Shown here: piece after piece, positions 1-13,552 of the stretch
Layout: each line of letters begins with the position of its first letter
How positions within the stretch are numbered: position 1 is the stretch's first letter
DNA from: Vairimorpha necatrix
Taxonomy: Eukaryota
Assembly: GCA_036630325.1 (NCBI GenBank)
Contig: CP142736.1
Location: forward strand, 682,001 to 746,000
DNA length: 64,000 nt
Reading direction: 5' to 3'
Program-made: the position numbers and the translations under genes
Notes under the pieces: generated by a model
Database searches by the model: none
What the model was told of the DNA's origin: nothing
What the model saw: only the letters and a program-made list of their open reading frames with translations

Positions 1-1571
1 TATAAAAGATCTTTGCAATCATTATTTCATATATAAAGGTCGCTTATTTTTTTATTTAATATCGGTAAAAAAAGTACTATGTATTTTTAATTCTGAGCCC
101 AATAACTTATATTTTTGTCTCTAATGAATAAAACGAAGGTAAATCAAGTTTAAACCAAACAAACTTAAAAAAGATCCATCAGTACATTAATTAATAATAG
201 ATAAAAGGGGTTTATCGAATATTCGAACCGCATGTTTTTTTAATTTGGTTTTATGGAAATTAATTGCAATTTTTAGTTCTAAAATAGTATTTTTTATTGA
301 AAACATTTGGAACTTTCATCTTAGATAGTATTTTTGTTTTTTTCATTTGCCATTCCTAACAAATTCCTATCTTTCCATTTGTGGCAAAAAAGGATTATCT
401 ATGTAAGAAAATATCGCTTTGTTTTTGACAATTCTATTATATAATTTTTGATAATTTAAATATAATTTGAGATTTGTTTTTTTAAAATATTAGATGTCCT
501 ACCTCCCGTCTAATGTATATAGCTCATAAAGGGATTTTCGCTTTCATGATTTGGTAGTTACATAGAAGTTATTCAAATGTATATTATGATATTGTCATTC
601 ATTCATTTTAATTTTTATGTTCTCATAAGATATAGATCTGCAACAAAAACAAAATTTTATTAGCTGCAAACTTTTCATATTAAATTAGAGATGAATTTCA
701 GTCTATAAGTAACATTTATTTATAAAACTTTACTCTAAAAGAGAAATACTTACTCTTTAGTATATAGTTTTTGTATTAGAATTTGATATAATCAAAACAG
801 TACTATAAAAATGACGAAAAAGCATACTCGGGGTTTTTTATATGAAATAATATCTAATATCCTATTTTTTTGTGAATTCTAAATAATTATCAGTAATATG
901 GTTTGTGTACATCGAGAATCTGTCTATATTTTGTATATATATTATAGAGGCATCTAAACATCTCTTCTCTAGTAACGATGGCTTTGTAAATTAGCTAAAT
1001 AGAAATATTATTTTCAACTACTATTCTTATTTCAGGAAAACAATATTTTATTTAACTATTATATATATTTAAAAATTCCTAAAAGCCTGAAAGCTGCACG
1101 AATAAACAAACTTGTTTCTACTATATCCAAGGATAATGCTATAAAAGATATGGATGTTTTCATCATCATTAGTATCCTTAGTTGCCTGAAATTAGTTCAA
1201 TTATTGCTTAATTTAATATTTATAAAGATATTAGTTAGGTCGAGATCGATTTCTATATCAGACGTTACGGACTACTAGGTTGTGTAAAAATGAATCAAGA
1301 GTTGTTATAGAGTCAAGTATCATGGATTTATAGAAAAGTTGTTTTTGCGAATATTATTTTGTTTATCTCTATAATGATGTATTTATCCAGAAATTATATG
1401 GGAAAACCTTTGAAATATAGTAATTTTTTATAAAAATAAAAAAAAACTGATGCTTGCAATAGTTAACAAGAAATTTTTACGAATATAAGCTATAAGTTAA
1501 ATCTAAAACTTTTGTTACGAATTACAAGTACGAAGTTCTTTTTCATGCTTAAATAGATTACAAATTATACC

Positions 1572-1933
1572 TGTCACACGACATCCTTCCTGTACCTATT
1601 ACAAGCCCAGTGAGACTCTAATATTTGAACCCCGGGCTGTCATATCTCAATTACAGCCGGGTCATGGGCGTAAACAAATACGTCTCCGTCAACAAACAAA
1701 TGACGAATAAGAAAATGTCTATTCTATTGAATATGGCCAGAATATGGAAAGCTGTACAAGAGACCAGCTTCCCCTCCAATAAATGATATGCTTGACGTTT
1801 ATTATAAATAAAACATAAAAGGATGAATTTCTAGCCCTTCACCGAGTCATGAGAGATTATAAAACCAATAAATAGTTTACTAAAAACTCATATATAGACA
1901 CACCGAGCAGCCAGGGAGGCAGCCAGTGTCACA
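1572..1933 (+). repeat. 5' LTR of element 1 (362 bp)
   Basis: Near-identical to 4146-4507, with about 3 mismatches seen. Confidence 0.95.
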
Positions 1934-1992
1934 ATGGCGACAATGCGAATGCCAAAGATAATTTAGAGAATATTATCAAAAAACTAGCAGGA

Positions 1993-4195
1993 ATGCTTAC
2001 AACTGAAAAATACTGCAAATTTAAGGGAACTAGAGGAGAAAACCCAAGAGATTTTATCCAGCAATTTACAGAGTTAGAAGGTGAGAAAACACCGGAACAA
2101 ATCTATAAAATTATAAAAACAAAACTAGAATTTAAAGCCCTCGCATGGTTCGAGGCAAAGGAAGGTCACGAAATACACGATTATGAAAGCTTCATAAAAG
2201 AGTTTGAGGAGGAATATCTGCCGGTATCGGAACCCGAAGATAATGAAAATATGTTTTTTGAACTAATATTCAAAGGCCCAAAATTTCAGGACATCATAAC
2301 TTACGTATACGAGCTAATGAAACGTTCAGAACGAAAGGAAAAGAAACTAATTTACGCAAGAAGGAAGATTAAGGAATACGTCCAGAATGACAACTATCTT
2401 TTTAGATAAACTTGAAGATAGTGAATCCTGGAATGATTTATTGTGGTTCTGCAAGAGATACGAACAGAAGATAAACCTACAAATAAAAAACAAAATTAAC
2501 GGAATTAACCTTAATAATAACAGACGAGAATCCACAAACTCGGAAAAAAGTAACAAAAAAAAGGAGGATAGAGTAATAAAGATAGCGACCTAATAAAACA
2601 TATTGACGATATTAGACCAAGAATAAGGTTGGAAAGCGGATCTATAAATATAAACACACTTTTAGATACAGGAGCGATTGACTCCATAATCAGAAAGGAT
2701 ATGGCTGAGAAATTAAAACTAAAGATAATTTCAGTAAACTCTACAATCAAGGGAATAAGTGGGGAAATGAAAATATATGGACAAACGACCCTATACATCA
2801 AAAAAAGAAAGACATAAAATCTATAAAATGTCAAGTGCTAGAAAACGTCGAAGAGGAACTGATCCTTGGATTCAACGAAATAAATGAATCTGGCCTTTCA
2901 AAATATATAATCAGAACAGGATTGAAAAATAATAACTTAGACAAATAAAAAATAGTCTTAGTTTTAAAACTAGTAGATGAACAACAAGAAAAAACACCAG
3001 AAGTTAATATAGAAGATTTGAATTTAGATAAAACTGTTATTAAAGAACATATCGATGAGTTACGACACATGGTAAACAAATACAAATCCATATTTCTAGA
3101 AAGTAAACAAAGAATACATTATATTTACAACATGCAATTGAACTTATTCACTGGCCAGATAAAATAACATGTGTGAAATACAAAAGATCACCGAAAGAAC
3201 ATGAGTTCATAAAAAAGGAAGAAATAAATTTTTAGAGTGTGGGCTTATTGAAGAAAGTAATAGCAATTTCATTTCACCAGTAGTAATAGTAAAGAAAGAA
3301 GGGAAAAGGCCAAGGTTTTGCATTGATTACCGCAAATTAAATAAATTAACAGGTAAAAATGGATTATCCAATCCTAAGAATCGATTAAACCCTAGATACA
3401 CTATCTAGAGCACAGTACTACACCACGTTAGACATGAAGAGTGGTTACCACCAAGTATATCTAAGAGATGGTGATAAAGAGAAATCGGCCTTTTACACAA
3501 GAGAAGGCATCTTTCAATTAAAACGAATGCCGCATGGATAAACGCACCATTTACTTTCCAGAAAATTATGAATAGGCTATTCAAAGAAATACCACACAAA
3601 TTTGTAGTAATCTATCTTGACGACGTTTTAATCTATTCAAAAACCAAAGAAGAACACCTTTTACATCTAGACAAGGCATTACGGATTATAAAAGACATTG
3701 GTTTCAATCTTAAACATAAAAAAATGCAATATCTTCAAAACCAAAGTAGAATTTATAGGCTACGAGATAACGAAGGGCGAAATGATAATACCCATGAAAC
3801 AGAAAACCAAAGCTTTAGAATTTGCAGAGCTGAAAACAAAGAAAGACGTTAGAGCATGGATGGGATTTACATCCTTTTCCAACCGATTTATAAAAAATTA
3901 TGCGGCCAAAATGGTTCCGTTGTACGAAAGCATTAAAGGAAAAAGAAAAAAATCAGTAATTAAAAAAATAAGGAAATTAAATATTAAACGCGAAGAAAAT
4001 GTTAGACCTGATAAAATATTGGGAGGAGGTGGATTGTACAAGAAATATTCACTAGATGAGAAAGAATATAAAGTGAATTGGAAGGATATCATGTGGATTA
4101 TAGAATCAGATCCAGCAGAGTGGATCTTTCGAAAGGAGGGGAGTGTGTCACACGACATCCTTCCTGTACCTATTACAAGCCCAGTGAGACTCTAA
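1993..4195 (+). pseudogene. Disrupted gag-pol: gag, aspartic protease and RT; RNase H and most of the integrase are missing
   Basis: Gag-like FKGTRGENPRDFIQQF, protease LLDTGAIDS, RT RFCIDYRKLN and IYLDDVLIYS. Broken by several stops and frameshifts. Confidence 0.9.
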
Positions 4196-4507
4196 TATTT
4201 GAACCCCGGGCTGTCATATCTCAATTACAGCCGGGTCATGGGCGTAAACAAATACGTCTCCGTCAACAAACAAATGACGAATAAGAAAATGTCTATTCTA
4301 TTGAATATGGCCAGAATATGGAAAGCTGTACAAGAGACCAGCTTCCCCTCCAATAAATGATATGCTTGACGTTTATTATAAATAAAACATAAAAGGATGA
4401 ATTTCTAGCCCTTCACCGAGTCATGAGAGATTATAAAACCAATAAACAGTTTACTAAAAACTCATATATAGACACAACGAGCAGCCAAGGAGGCAGCCAG
4501 TGTCACA
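4146..4507 (+). repeat. 3' LTR of element 1 (362 bp)
   Basis: Direct repeat of 1572-1933, preceded by the PPT. Confidence 0.95.
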
Positions 4508-4677
4508 ATACCATCAGGGGGATTACAATACAGAGTAAAAAGAAGGTTTAAATTAAACTATCATATTTCTTAAATTGTCATAGCTTTTAAGTTTTAATTG
4601 CGCGGTTTCAATCTAGATGTTTCTTTTATTTCAAAAAAAACACAATTTTTCGTACTTATATAATCTTTAATTATTAT

Positions 4678-7600
4678 TGTCGAATGCTCCTTTATTTACG
4701 AATTGCATGGGGGTAAAAATATATAATATTTATAGAAGGATACGACACCTCTCCCCTAAATTGAAGTATCTGCTTTAACTCGTGTTTTGTTAAGCCTGTA
4801 TACTTTTCTATTCTTTTTTTACCACATAGGCATCGGGTAAAATTATTTCTGTGATCACGTATCCATCTTCCCAATTGCACTTGAACTTCTGGCTTTTGGT
4901 TTCACGATATATTAAAACTTTATCGCTTACGTTTAGCTTTTTCGCTACCTCTTCTTTCCCTTTCACGATTGCTTTTTTGTACTTTTCGAAGTTTTCATCG
5001 CGCTTACTCTTCGTTTCCTCCGCTGAGAATGTCACTTCTTCCTTGTCTAGCGCTTTGTCTACAGACAGCATCGGCAATTTATTCTTCCTTAAAATGAACG
5101 GCGATGTTGTTTATGCTCCGATTATAAACAGGTTGAGGCATCTTGTGGCTTCTGGAAGCTTGTTCTTCCAGCTTACCCTTCCGAAATCTGTAATTTTATT
5201 TAGTATCTTCATTGACGTCTGATTCGCTCTTTCTACTGCGCCTACAGTTTCGTGATGTTCTGGTTTACTGTATTGCCAGTCAATACCGTTCTTTTCGGCC
5301 AGGTCTTTGATGTCAGAATTTATAAATTCAGGCCCGTTGTCAGTCAAGATTCTTTCTGGAATGCCGTGTTTCTCGATAATCAATTGCTGGATTAATCCCA
5401 TTATTGTCGGCCCTGTTTTATAGTTAATAACAGCTGTCTCGACCCATTTAGAGTAGTGGTCAATAGCAATGAATATGAAGCTGTTTTGACCCGAAGTGTC
5501 GCATATGCGTCCTATGAGATCTACCACCCATATTTTGTATGGCCTTTCTGATCGTATAACTTTGTTTTTTGTGTTTCGTAATGGGTATCCCGATTTCAAC
5601 CACGTTTTACACTTTTCTACGCGTTCCTTGATGTCCTTATGCATTCCTGCCCATTTGTACCTCTGAGAAATCATGAAGCTCATCGTACTAGCGCTAGCAT
5701 GTCCAACGTATAGATGGTAGGATTCTAAGATCTTCTGTCTGTCTTCATCGCTTGGTCCTGTAGCTTCGATGATATTTATATCTTTCTCTGTCGGGTTTTG
5801 TCTGCTTAACCCGTCTGCTCCATTAACCTCTCCTTTTATGTAGGTTGATTGAAATGCATACTCCTGCAACTTCATTGCCCACCTCAGCAATCTACTGGTA
5901 GGGTTCTTAGCTTCCCATAGATAAGTCAGCGCTTTGTAGTCCGTCTTCAGTATGAACTCTCTACCCAGGAGGTAGTGTCTATAGTTCTCGATGCCTTTTA
6001 CAACGGCCCAAAGTTCTTTGTCTGTTGTAGAGTAGTTCTTATGGGCTTTCTTTAAACTTTTGCTGAATGCACTTACGAAGTGCTCCTTCCCATCATCTCC
6101 AATCTGTGAGAGGATCGCGCCTATTCCCTGCTCTGACGCATCCGTAGTCAGTATAAACGGTTTCCTGAGATTAATCTTGTATCTTATGTTCTCTTCTGTG
6201 AGAAGTCTCTTTAGATCTTCGAATGCCCGTTTCTCCTTTTTGCTGAGAGAAATACTCTTAACACTTTGCTTTGACTCTCCTTTAAACAGTTCGTAGAGAG
6301 GGGCTGCTATCGCTGATAAGTTACGGATGAACTCCCTACAGTAATTTATGAGCCCATGAAACGACCGTTTTTGAGCAATATTTACGGCTCATTATACTCG
6401 TTTATGGGTTTGACCTTCTCTGTGTCCGGTTTGATCGTCTTGTTTGTGACTATATTTCCTAGAATTTTAATTTCTTCTTTGAAGAAGTGACACTTCTTCC
6501 TGTTAAGTGCGATTCCTGCTGCCTTAAGCTTACGTAATACGATTTCCAAGTGTTCACGGTGTTCCTGGTGATTTTTAGAATAGATAATAATGTCATCCAG
6601 GTATGGTATGACGAATTTTCTGTTTTCTTTCACAAAGATCTTATCCATAGTTCTCTGGAAAGTAGCAGGAGCGATACATAGCCCAAACGGCATCCTGTTA
6701 AATTCATAATGTCTTCCTCTCTAGCTGAATGCTGTCTTCTCCTTGTCTACTTCTTCAAGGGCTACCTGATAATATCCCGACGTAGCATCTAATGTCGAAA
6801 AGATAGTAGCGTCAGCTAGATCGTCGAGAATTATATCAATTCGTGGGAGGGGGCATTTATCTTTGACTGTTATCTTGTTGAGCTCTCTGTAATCTATACA
6901 GAGCCTGATCGACCCATCAGGTTTCGTTACCGGAGCAACTCTACTGTTCCAGGGGCTTCTACTATTTTTTATTACGCCCAACTGCAAGTTTTTCTTGATC
7001 TGTTGTGTGATTTACTCTTCGAAGTGCAGAGGAATCTTTCCGTTTTTCTGGTAAATTGCCTTCGCTACTGTTGTCTCGATTTGATGTTTCCCCATGTTGC
7101 AAAGTGTAAGCTCTAAAATTTCAGTTTTGAACATGTCATGGTATTTCTCTTCGATTGAGATGTAATTGACTTTGTTAATCAGTGAGCCTTTCTTGACTGT
7201 ATTGGCGAATTTTCTGATCAGTTGTTCCAGTAATATGGGGTTCGTTCGTATAGCGTCAACTCCTAAGATTATGTAGTCCGGTGTCCATTCTGTGACGCAA
7301 GGGCTGAAAGTAATTAAAGTGTTTTCCGTCCTAAAATTGATATTTAGACATCTTCCTGTAAACTCCAATGGTGTCCCTGATGCTGCTCGTATGATCGTTG
7401 AAGATCTGGTAAATCTGATATTTGTCCCTTCGAGGACTCTTGTGGGTATCAGGGAGACATCAGCTCCGGTATCAATTAATGCTCGATGTCGTTTACGATT
7501 GAATTCTACGTTTATGTAGCAAGGGTTAGTGAAACAGCTGTTGATCTTGTAGTTTTCTATGGTGTATGGCATATTTCCCTTCTTCGATGGTGCGACCTTC

Positions 7601-8218
7601 AAAGTCCTGTTATCTAGTGTCTCGTCCGTATTAATCGTGTTACTTTTCATAGGGAATGCTATCCAAGAAACTTCCTCTGTGCGCCTCAGGAATTCACTCC
7701 AATCTTGGCATTGTCTAGCAAAATCATAAAGAATTGATTTGAGGACTGAAGGAGACTTCTTGATTACTATGGGGCTGACTGCTTTGTACTCCATTGTTTG
7801 TTGCTCTATAAGGGAGTTTCCTTTCCTGCAGAAGTCTATGAAAGCCTCTAGGTTGCCAAATTGTTGCGGTTTAAAAACCCGTCTAGAGTGGCCAGAGTTT
7901 TCTGTGAACTGTAAAATCTCGATTTTAGACTCTTAGTAACCTCTGCCAGATCAAGTTCGGACACCCGTTCAAATGCCATTGCTATCCATGAGAGGGCTGG
8001 CCCCGTAGACCCAGGCAGATAAGTCTGGCGGTCTGATCTTCTGTCAGTCCAAAAACCCTCGCCGTGAACGTTGTGTCACGCAACCATGTATTTATATCCT
8101 CTTCCTTCTTTCCACTGAAGCAGCCAACAGTTTTTATCGCTGTCGCCATGTCGAATGTTCCTTTATTTACGAATTGCATGGGGGTGAAAATATATAATAT
8201 TTATAGAAGGATACGACA
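4678..8218 (-). mobile_element. Ty3/gypsy LTR retrotransposon with 70-bp LTRs (element 2)
   Basis: 70-bp direct repeats at 4678-4747 and 8149-8218 (TGT...ACA, 2 mismatches). TSD ATTAT at 4673-4677 and 8219-8223. On the minus strand the PBS is TGGCGACA (8148-8141) and the PPT is AGGGGAGAGG (4757-4748). Confidence 0.95.
4808..8179 (-). pseudogene. Fragmented gag-pol with domain order gag-PR-RT-RNaseH-IN
   Basis: ALIDTGADVS (protease), CIDYRELN and PYLDDIIIYS (RT), TTDASEQGIGA (RNase H), integrase core VDLIG...IDHYSKW...TDNGPEF...VERAN. Confidence 0.92.
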
Positions 8219-9073
8219 ATTATAGTTTCTTTTTGAATAGGTTTTTCCAATTATAAACAAAATTATATTTTATTAAAATCATTTTAAATGAACGCGTCTA
8301 GAAAAACAGTTTCTCTAATATATAACAAAAGTACTATATGTTCTAACAAAAATATCTTATAGGCTTGTTGAAAAATAAGATAAAGTCCAAAATTACTTTA
8401 CAACCGGAATACCAATATTAGTAGAATAAAATATACAATAAATATTAATGTCTATTAAAGATGATTTGTCAAAAAATACAAATACAACCGATTTATATTA
8501 CATTTAAATTTATATACGATCCAAGAAGAGTTAGAAATATCAAAAAAGGTACATAGTATCTTATGTGATTAGTTCTTGGTTTTAAGTCAATAGAACATTG
8601 TTATTTCATTTTTTAATTGGAGTTAATTCCGATTTAAAAAAAAATCAACTAAGTTGAATAGATTTCAATTTATGAGGCATCATGGTCATTGTTCTTGTCG
8701 AAATTGATGCCTTCTATTCTTAGGCAGTACACAATACAGCCCCAAATTAACTTTATGATGTTTTATAAAGGTAAATTTTTTTTAAATTCACAAATTTGTC
8801 CTATTTATTTCAGTTAGTGCTCTAAATAGATGTTAAATCTTTTGATATATTTCTTCATAAATTTTCTTATATAATCAGGATGTAAATTAATAAGTAAGAT
8901 TTTAATTTTGATATATTTTCTTAAACTAAATTATTCGTTTCAAAAAAACTATATCCGCGCCCATTACTATGTGGTTTCGATATTATAATCGCCCTTGGGA
9001 AATGTCATAATATTTAATAAGAGATTTGAGTTCAAATTTTTAAAATATGTCCTAATCCGGGTAGTTATTAATC

Positions 9074-9100
<27 letters not shown>
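9074..9100. repeat. (TA)n microsatellite
   Basis: About 13 perfect TA units. Confidence 0.9.
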
Positions 9101-9104
<4 letters not shown>

Positions 9105-9979
9105 ACCTGGTTTTCGGGACGAACACTATTATCAGGACATTATTCATATTCTAAACGAGAACAAAGTTTAGAACATATTTTTTGGCCTTTGACATATATA
9201 TACATATAAAAAATAATACTAACACAAACCTTTAAGAAATACATAATATAATGGTCAAATGAAATTTTTGGTGTTAACATCATAAACGCATAATTAGTTT
9301 AAGCAATTGTATCAATTTATCCTGTTACAAGTCAGCAATTAAGTAGGTGCGACGTTTAGGAATTCAAATTTCATCATGCGAATATGGAAAAAGGTTAAAA
9401 ATATAAAACAAGAATGAGGTTTTACTGATGTTATGTTGGAAATTGATATTTAAAGTCGTTTCCTAAATTTGATAAAATTTGTCATTAACGGCCGAAAAAA
9501 ATACACATAATTGTATTGTGAACTGTGCATTCACATACTTTCAAAAACGCTGTATTATTGACCATATATCATCATATAAAATTATAAATTACTAATTAAA
9601 AATAACTTTAATATTTGTTTAATCTGTACTAAATGCTTGAAAGAAAAATATCAGAGACCAATAGATTTGATATTTTACCTTTTCTGTTAAAATTATCAAT
9701 GCCTGCATTGTTTTGTGTTATTATTTCACTAATATTTCTATGTATTTTTTGGATTGTTTGTGACGATTGGATTCAACTTAGTGATATAATACGATTAATT
9801 TTTTGTAATGTTAATGCGAAACAAAGCCAATCTATAATTTTTATGTAAAACTGTACTGTTTTAGAGACAGATTTTTGAATAAATTGATTTACAACGATCT
9901 CATATTTCCGGTTTAAAAGTTTTAGACCTTTAGGTATCACTTGATGTTATATGTTAGTGTATTGGTGGAAGATATTCGA

Positions 9980-12513
9980 TGTTATATATTCTTATATTTA
10001 TGAACCCCATTATGGAGAATAAATAAATGGTGGGATACAAATCGTGAGTTAACAAGTGTTGGCTGTGGTCAAGAGGCCAGAAAACTACTGCAAGAATATA
10101 AGATTATTATGTATGAGATCAAAGTTATTGAGTGTAGAGCAATGAAGATTTGAAGAAAATTATTTTTGAAAAGGGAAGTTTGGAGCTAAAATTTTTATGG
10201 TTATGAATATAAGTTTAGAGAATCATCATGACATGATAGGAATACGACTAAAAGAGATTGTAAAAGATTATGAAGATGGAGAAGAGAGATTTAGAATGAT
10301 TGAAGAGGTCACAAAGAAATTGACAAAAGAAATATATACAGAGGAGATAGAGCGTAGGAAACGGTATTTGAGGACAATGAGATGTTTTTATTGTGAAAGG
10401 TTAGGACATAAAAGTAATATATTTTATAATAGATACAGAGAGGAGAGAAATAGACAAGAATGTGAGAAGATATATCAAGAGGACAGTAGCAGCAGCGACG
10501 GAAAATATTACAGGAATACGTGGGCCGGTAAAAGGCAAAAGAAACAGATAGAAGTTGGGCCAGGTATACTATGGAAACGAACTGGAATTGTTAAAGACCT
10601 TAATAAGAGAAGTTATGACACGACAAATTGTTTTTAGAGGCAATTAGACTGTTAGAAGAGAATAACATGAGATTAAACTCAAAGAAGATACATTATCGTC
10701 AATCTGAAGTTAAATTATTAGGAGTAACATTGAATGAGCAGGATATGATGCCATCCGAGATAAAAAAGAATGAAGCATTAGAATTTCCGAAGTTGCAAAA
10801 TGTAACCGACGTAAGAAGATTTTTAGGATTAAGTGGTTGGTTCAGAGGATTTATAAAGAACTACGCAGAGAAAACGATGCACATGACAGATTGCTTAAGA
10901 GGGAAAAACAAAAGTTGGAATTGGACTGAGGAGTTGGATATTGAATTTAGAAATATGAAAAAAGTGCTTAAGAATTTAGGAAAATTGAGGATTGTTAATT
11001 ACGAGAAAGAATTTTTATTAAGAACGGATGCGAGTAAAATTGGTATGGGAGCTGTACTTTTGCAGAAAAATGAAAAAGAGGAATGGGTGCCGGTACAATG
11101 GGCATCAAAGAAATTTACTCCGACTGAAACTAGATACGGAATTAGCGAGAAAGAGATGTATGCCGTATATTGGGGCATAAAGAAGTTTGAGTATGAATTG
11201 AGAGGAAGAAAGTTTAAGGTTGAAACTGATCATAAGGCTTTAGCAGAAATAAGAAGAAAGCCATGTTTTAATAATAATAGGATTAACAGGTGGATAGAGA
11301 TGATTTAAGAGTTTGATTTTGAAATCGAGTACAGGCAACCCGATCAGATGGTTGTTGCTGATGCATTGAGCAGAATTCATGAGGTAAATGAACCGAAGAG
11401 AGAAATGATTAGACAAAGAACAGAGAAACAGATAGCGGGAAAATGGTTAAAGCATGTTGAGAAAGTCGGAGAAAAGGAGTACTGGAATTTTGATTCTGGT
11501 CGTAGAGCGAAAATACCTGCAGTAGGTGATAGGTTAGAGTAAATGAAGAGGTACCACGAAGAACAGGCCCACAGAGGACTAGGAAGTGTCTATTATGCTA
11601 TGAAGTTTGACTATTATTGGCCAGGAATTAAGGAAGATATAAAGATGATGATAAAAAAATGTGAAAAATGCCAAAAATACAATAGGAAAAAATCAGGAGG
11701 ATGTGATTTTATTGCGACAAGTAGATACCTAGAAAAGATGGCAATATATTTAATCGATTATAGAGAATTGGGTAAATTTGTCTTGTTCGTCATTGATTAC
11801 TATACGAGAGTCGCATGGGGTTGCGTGTTGAAAGATAAGCGTGCTAGCTCGATAACTGGATTTATAGAAAATTTGAGTAGAAATGGTAAAAGACCAGAAG
11901 AAATCATATCGGACAATGGAAGATAATTTGCAAATGAGGAATTTCATGAGTTATACAGAAAGTTGGATATAACTCACAGAAAGACCAGTATTGAATCACA
12001 TAAAAGCAATGGGAGAGTTGAAAGAGTTATTGTAACGTTGAGAGAATCTGTTTTGAAAATGAATCCCAAAAATAGCTTTGAAGAAAGAGTTATGAAGGCC
12101 TTTGAGATTTATAATAATAGTTACCTTGAAGGTCTAAGATGCACACCATTTGAGGCAGTTAAAGATAATACGGGCAATGTAATGCTAAGAAATGGACCAG
12201 AAGGAGATTATAGTAGTCGATTTAAAAAGAGATATACAGACAAGTTCGTCGAGAGTGCGAGTTGCGAAGAGTGAAAATTTAAAGGGTCTAATAAGTATGA
12301 AAAAGGTAGGTTTTTGGATATTGGGACGATTAAGATTGTGTGTCCAATGGATTCTTATGTAGTAAAATTAATGAATGGACGATTAGTTAAGAAGAGGCAC
12401 TATGACTTAAAAGATCTGCTTAGGGTTGATGATGACGTAGGAGACTAACCGTCTTGGAGGGGGGATGTTATATATTCTTATATTTTTGAACCCCATTATG
12501 GAGAACAAATACA
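9980..12513 (+). mobile_element. Ty3/gypsy LTR retrotransposon with 48-bp LTRs, internally deleted (element 3)
   Basis: 48-bp direct repeats at 9980-10027 and 12466-12513 (3 mismatches). TSD TTCGA at 9975-9979 and 12514-12518. PBS TGGTGGGATAC at 10028 and PPT GGAGGGGGGA at 12456-12465. Confidence 0.92.
10197..12448 (+). pseudogene. Disrupted gag (CCHC knuckle), RT C-terminal half, RNase H and integrase
   Basis: CFYCERLGH knuckle, RRFLGLSGWFRGFI, LRTDASKIGMGAVL, VVADALSR, H...H...CEKC zinc finger, IISDNG, SNGRVER. Protease and the RT N-terminus are deleted. Confidence 0.9.
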
Positions 12514-12937
12514 TTCGATAACATTTTTTGTAATTACAAAATCTGAACCATTATGAAAAGTAAAAATATTAATTTTGGTCAAATTTCCGCTCTAATTTTA
12601 TCAGATGAATGTAGGACATTTTGCACTAAAAAAAATTTCTGTTTTTTATTTATAAAAAATGTGAATCTGCATGCAGTAACTTATAGATTAAATTTAGTTT
12701 GCCTATAATTGTTCAATACAAAAACATCACATAACATCATAAAACAATGCCGACTCATTGCACCAAAACTATTTGACTTTTTACAATGGAAGATTTTTGT
12801 TCCAAAAATATTATTAAATGTATAAGAACTGAAAAACATTATATAATATTTATTTCTTAAAAAAAAATAATAGTCTTATGAAAATTGTAGAATAAATAAA
12901 ATATATACAAATAGAAAAATCACTTGTAAGAATTTAT

Positions 12938-13552
12938 TTATAACGCGATTAGTACTAATGAAAATCCAATGACAGAAATAGACACCAATACTTTGTCTGA
13001 ATTGCTACTTACAGATTCTTCATCAACGTTTTTATCGTCGTTTTTTACTTTCGTATTTTTTTTTTTCGTTTGCGGGCTAGAAGCTGCATTCTTTTGTTGA
13101 GAGGTTGGTTTATACTCATAAAATGTAGACCTTTTGTCGGTCTGTATTCCTTCTATAAACCTAGGTTTGGAATTATAAACAGCTTTGATTGTTTTTTCGT
13201 CATTAGCCATTTCATTGTATTCTTGTATATTATAATTAAATTTTTCTGGTTTTAACTGAAAATCATTCGGTGTTGGGGCATATGCAAGAATGTATTTGTT
13301 ACCTTCAGTCTTGACAATAAGAGCTCCACTATCAAGTAATTCTCCGGCGTTTTCATGTACAGCAATTTTCTTAGGCATACTCCATTCATTATCATTTGGC
13401 CCTTTTGATTTTATTTCTATTCCTCCTCGACCATCAGTCTTTATAGAATAGGCCACATTGTCTTTTAGATTGACCAATTCTTCAACGTGTATGTCTGGCT
13501 GTTCTTTAAGACTAACATTGTTGAATATGAATACTAGAAGTTGCAGGTCCAT
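12938..13552 (-). CDS. Putative secreted or GPI-anchored surface protein, 204 aa
   Basis: Short hydrophobic N-terminus, Ser-rich spacer and hydrophobic C-terminal tail VLVSISVIGFSLVLIAL. GGGGG motif just upstream of the ATG. Confidence 0.8.
   Translation of the reverse strand: MDLQLLVFIFNNVSLKEQPDIHVEELVNLKDNVAYSIKTDGRGGIEIKSKGPNDNEWSMPKKIAVHENAGELLDSGALIVKTEGNKYILAYAPTPNDFQLKPEKFNYNIQEYNEMANDEKTIKAVYNSKPRFIEGIQTDKRSTFYEYKPTSQQKNAASSPQTKKKNTKVKNDDKNVDEESVSSNSDKVLVSISVIGFSLVLIAL

Larger units (their letters stand above)
1572..4507 (+). mobile_element. Ty3/gypsy LTR retrotransposon, internally deleted (element 1)
   Basis: 362-bp LTRs at 1572-1933 and 4146-4507 (TGTCACA...TGTCACA). TSD ATACC at 1567-1571 and 4508-4512. 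PBS TGGCGACA follows the 5' LTR and a purine tract GAAAGGAGGGGAG precedes the 3' LTR. Confidence 0.95.

Noticed and set aside
4078-4284. 68-aa ORF running into the 3' LTR of element 1
   Set aside because: Mostly LTR sequence, with no independent evidence of coding.
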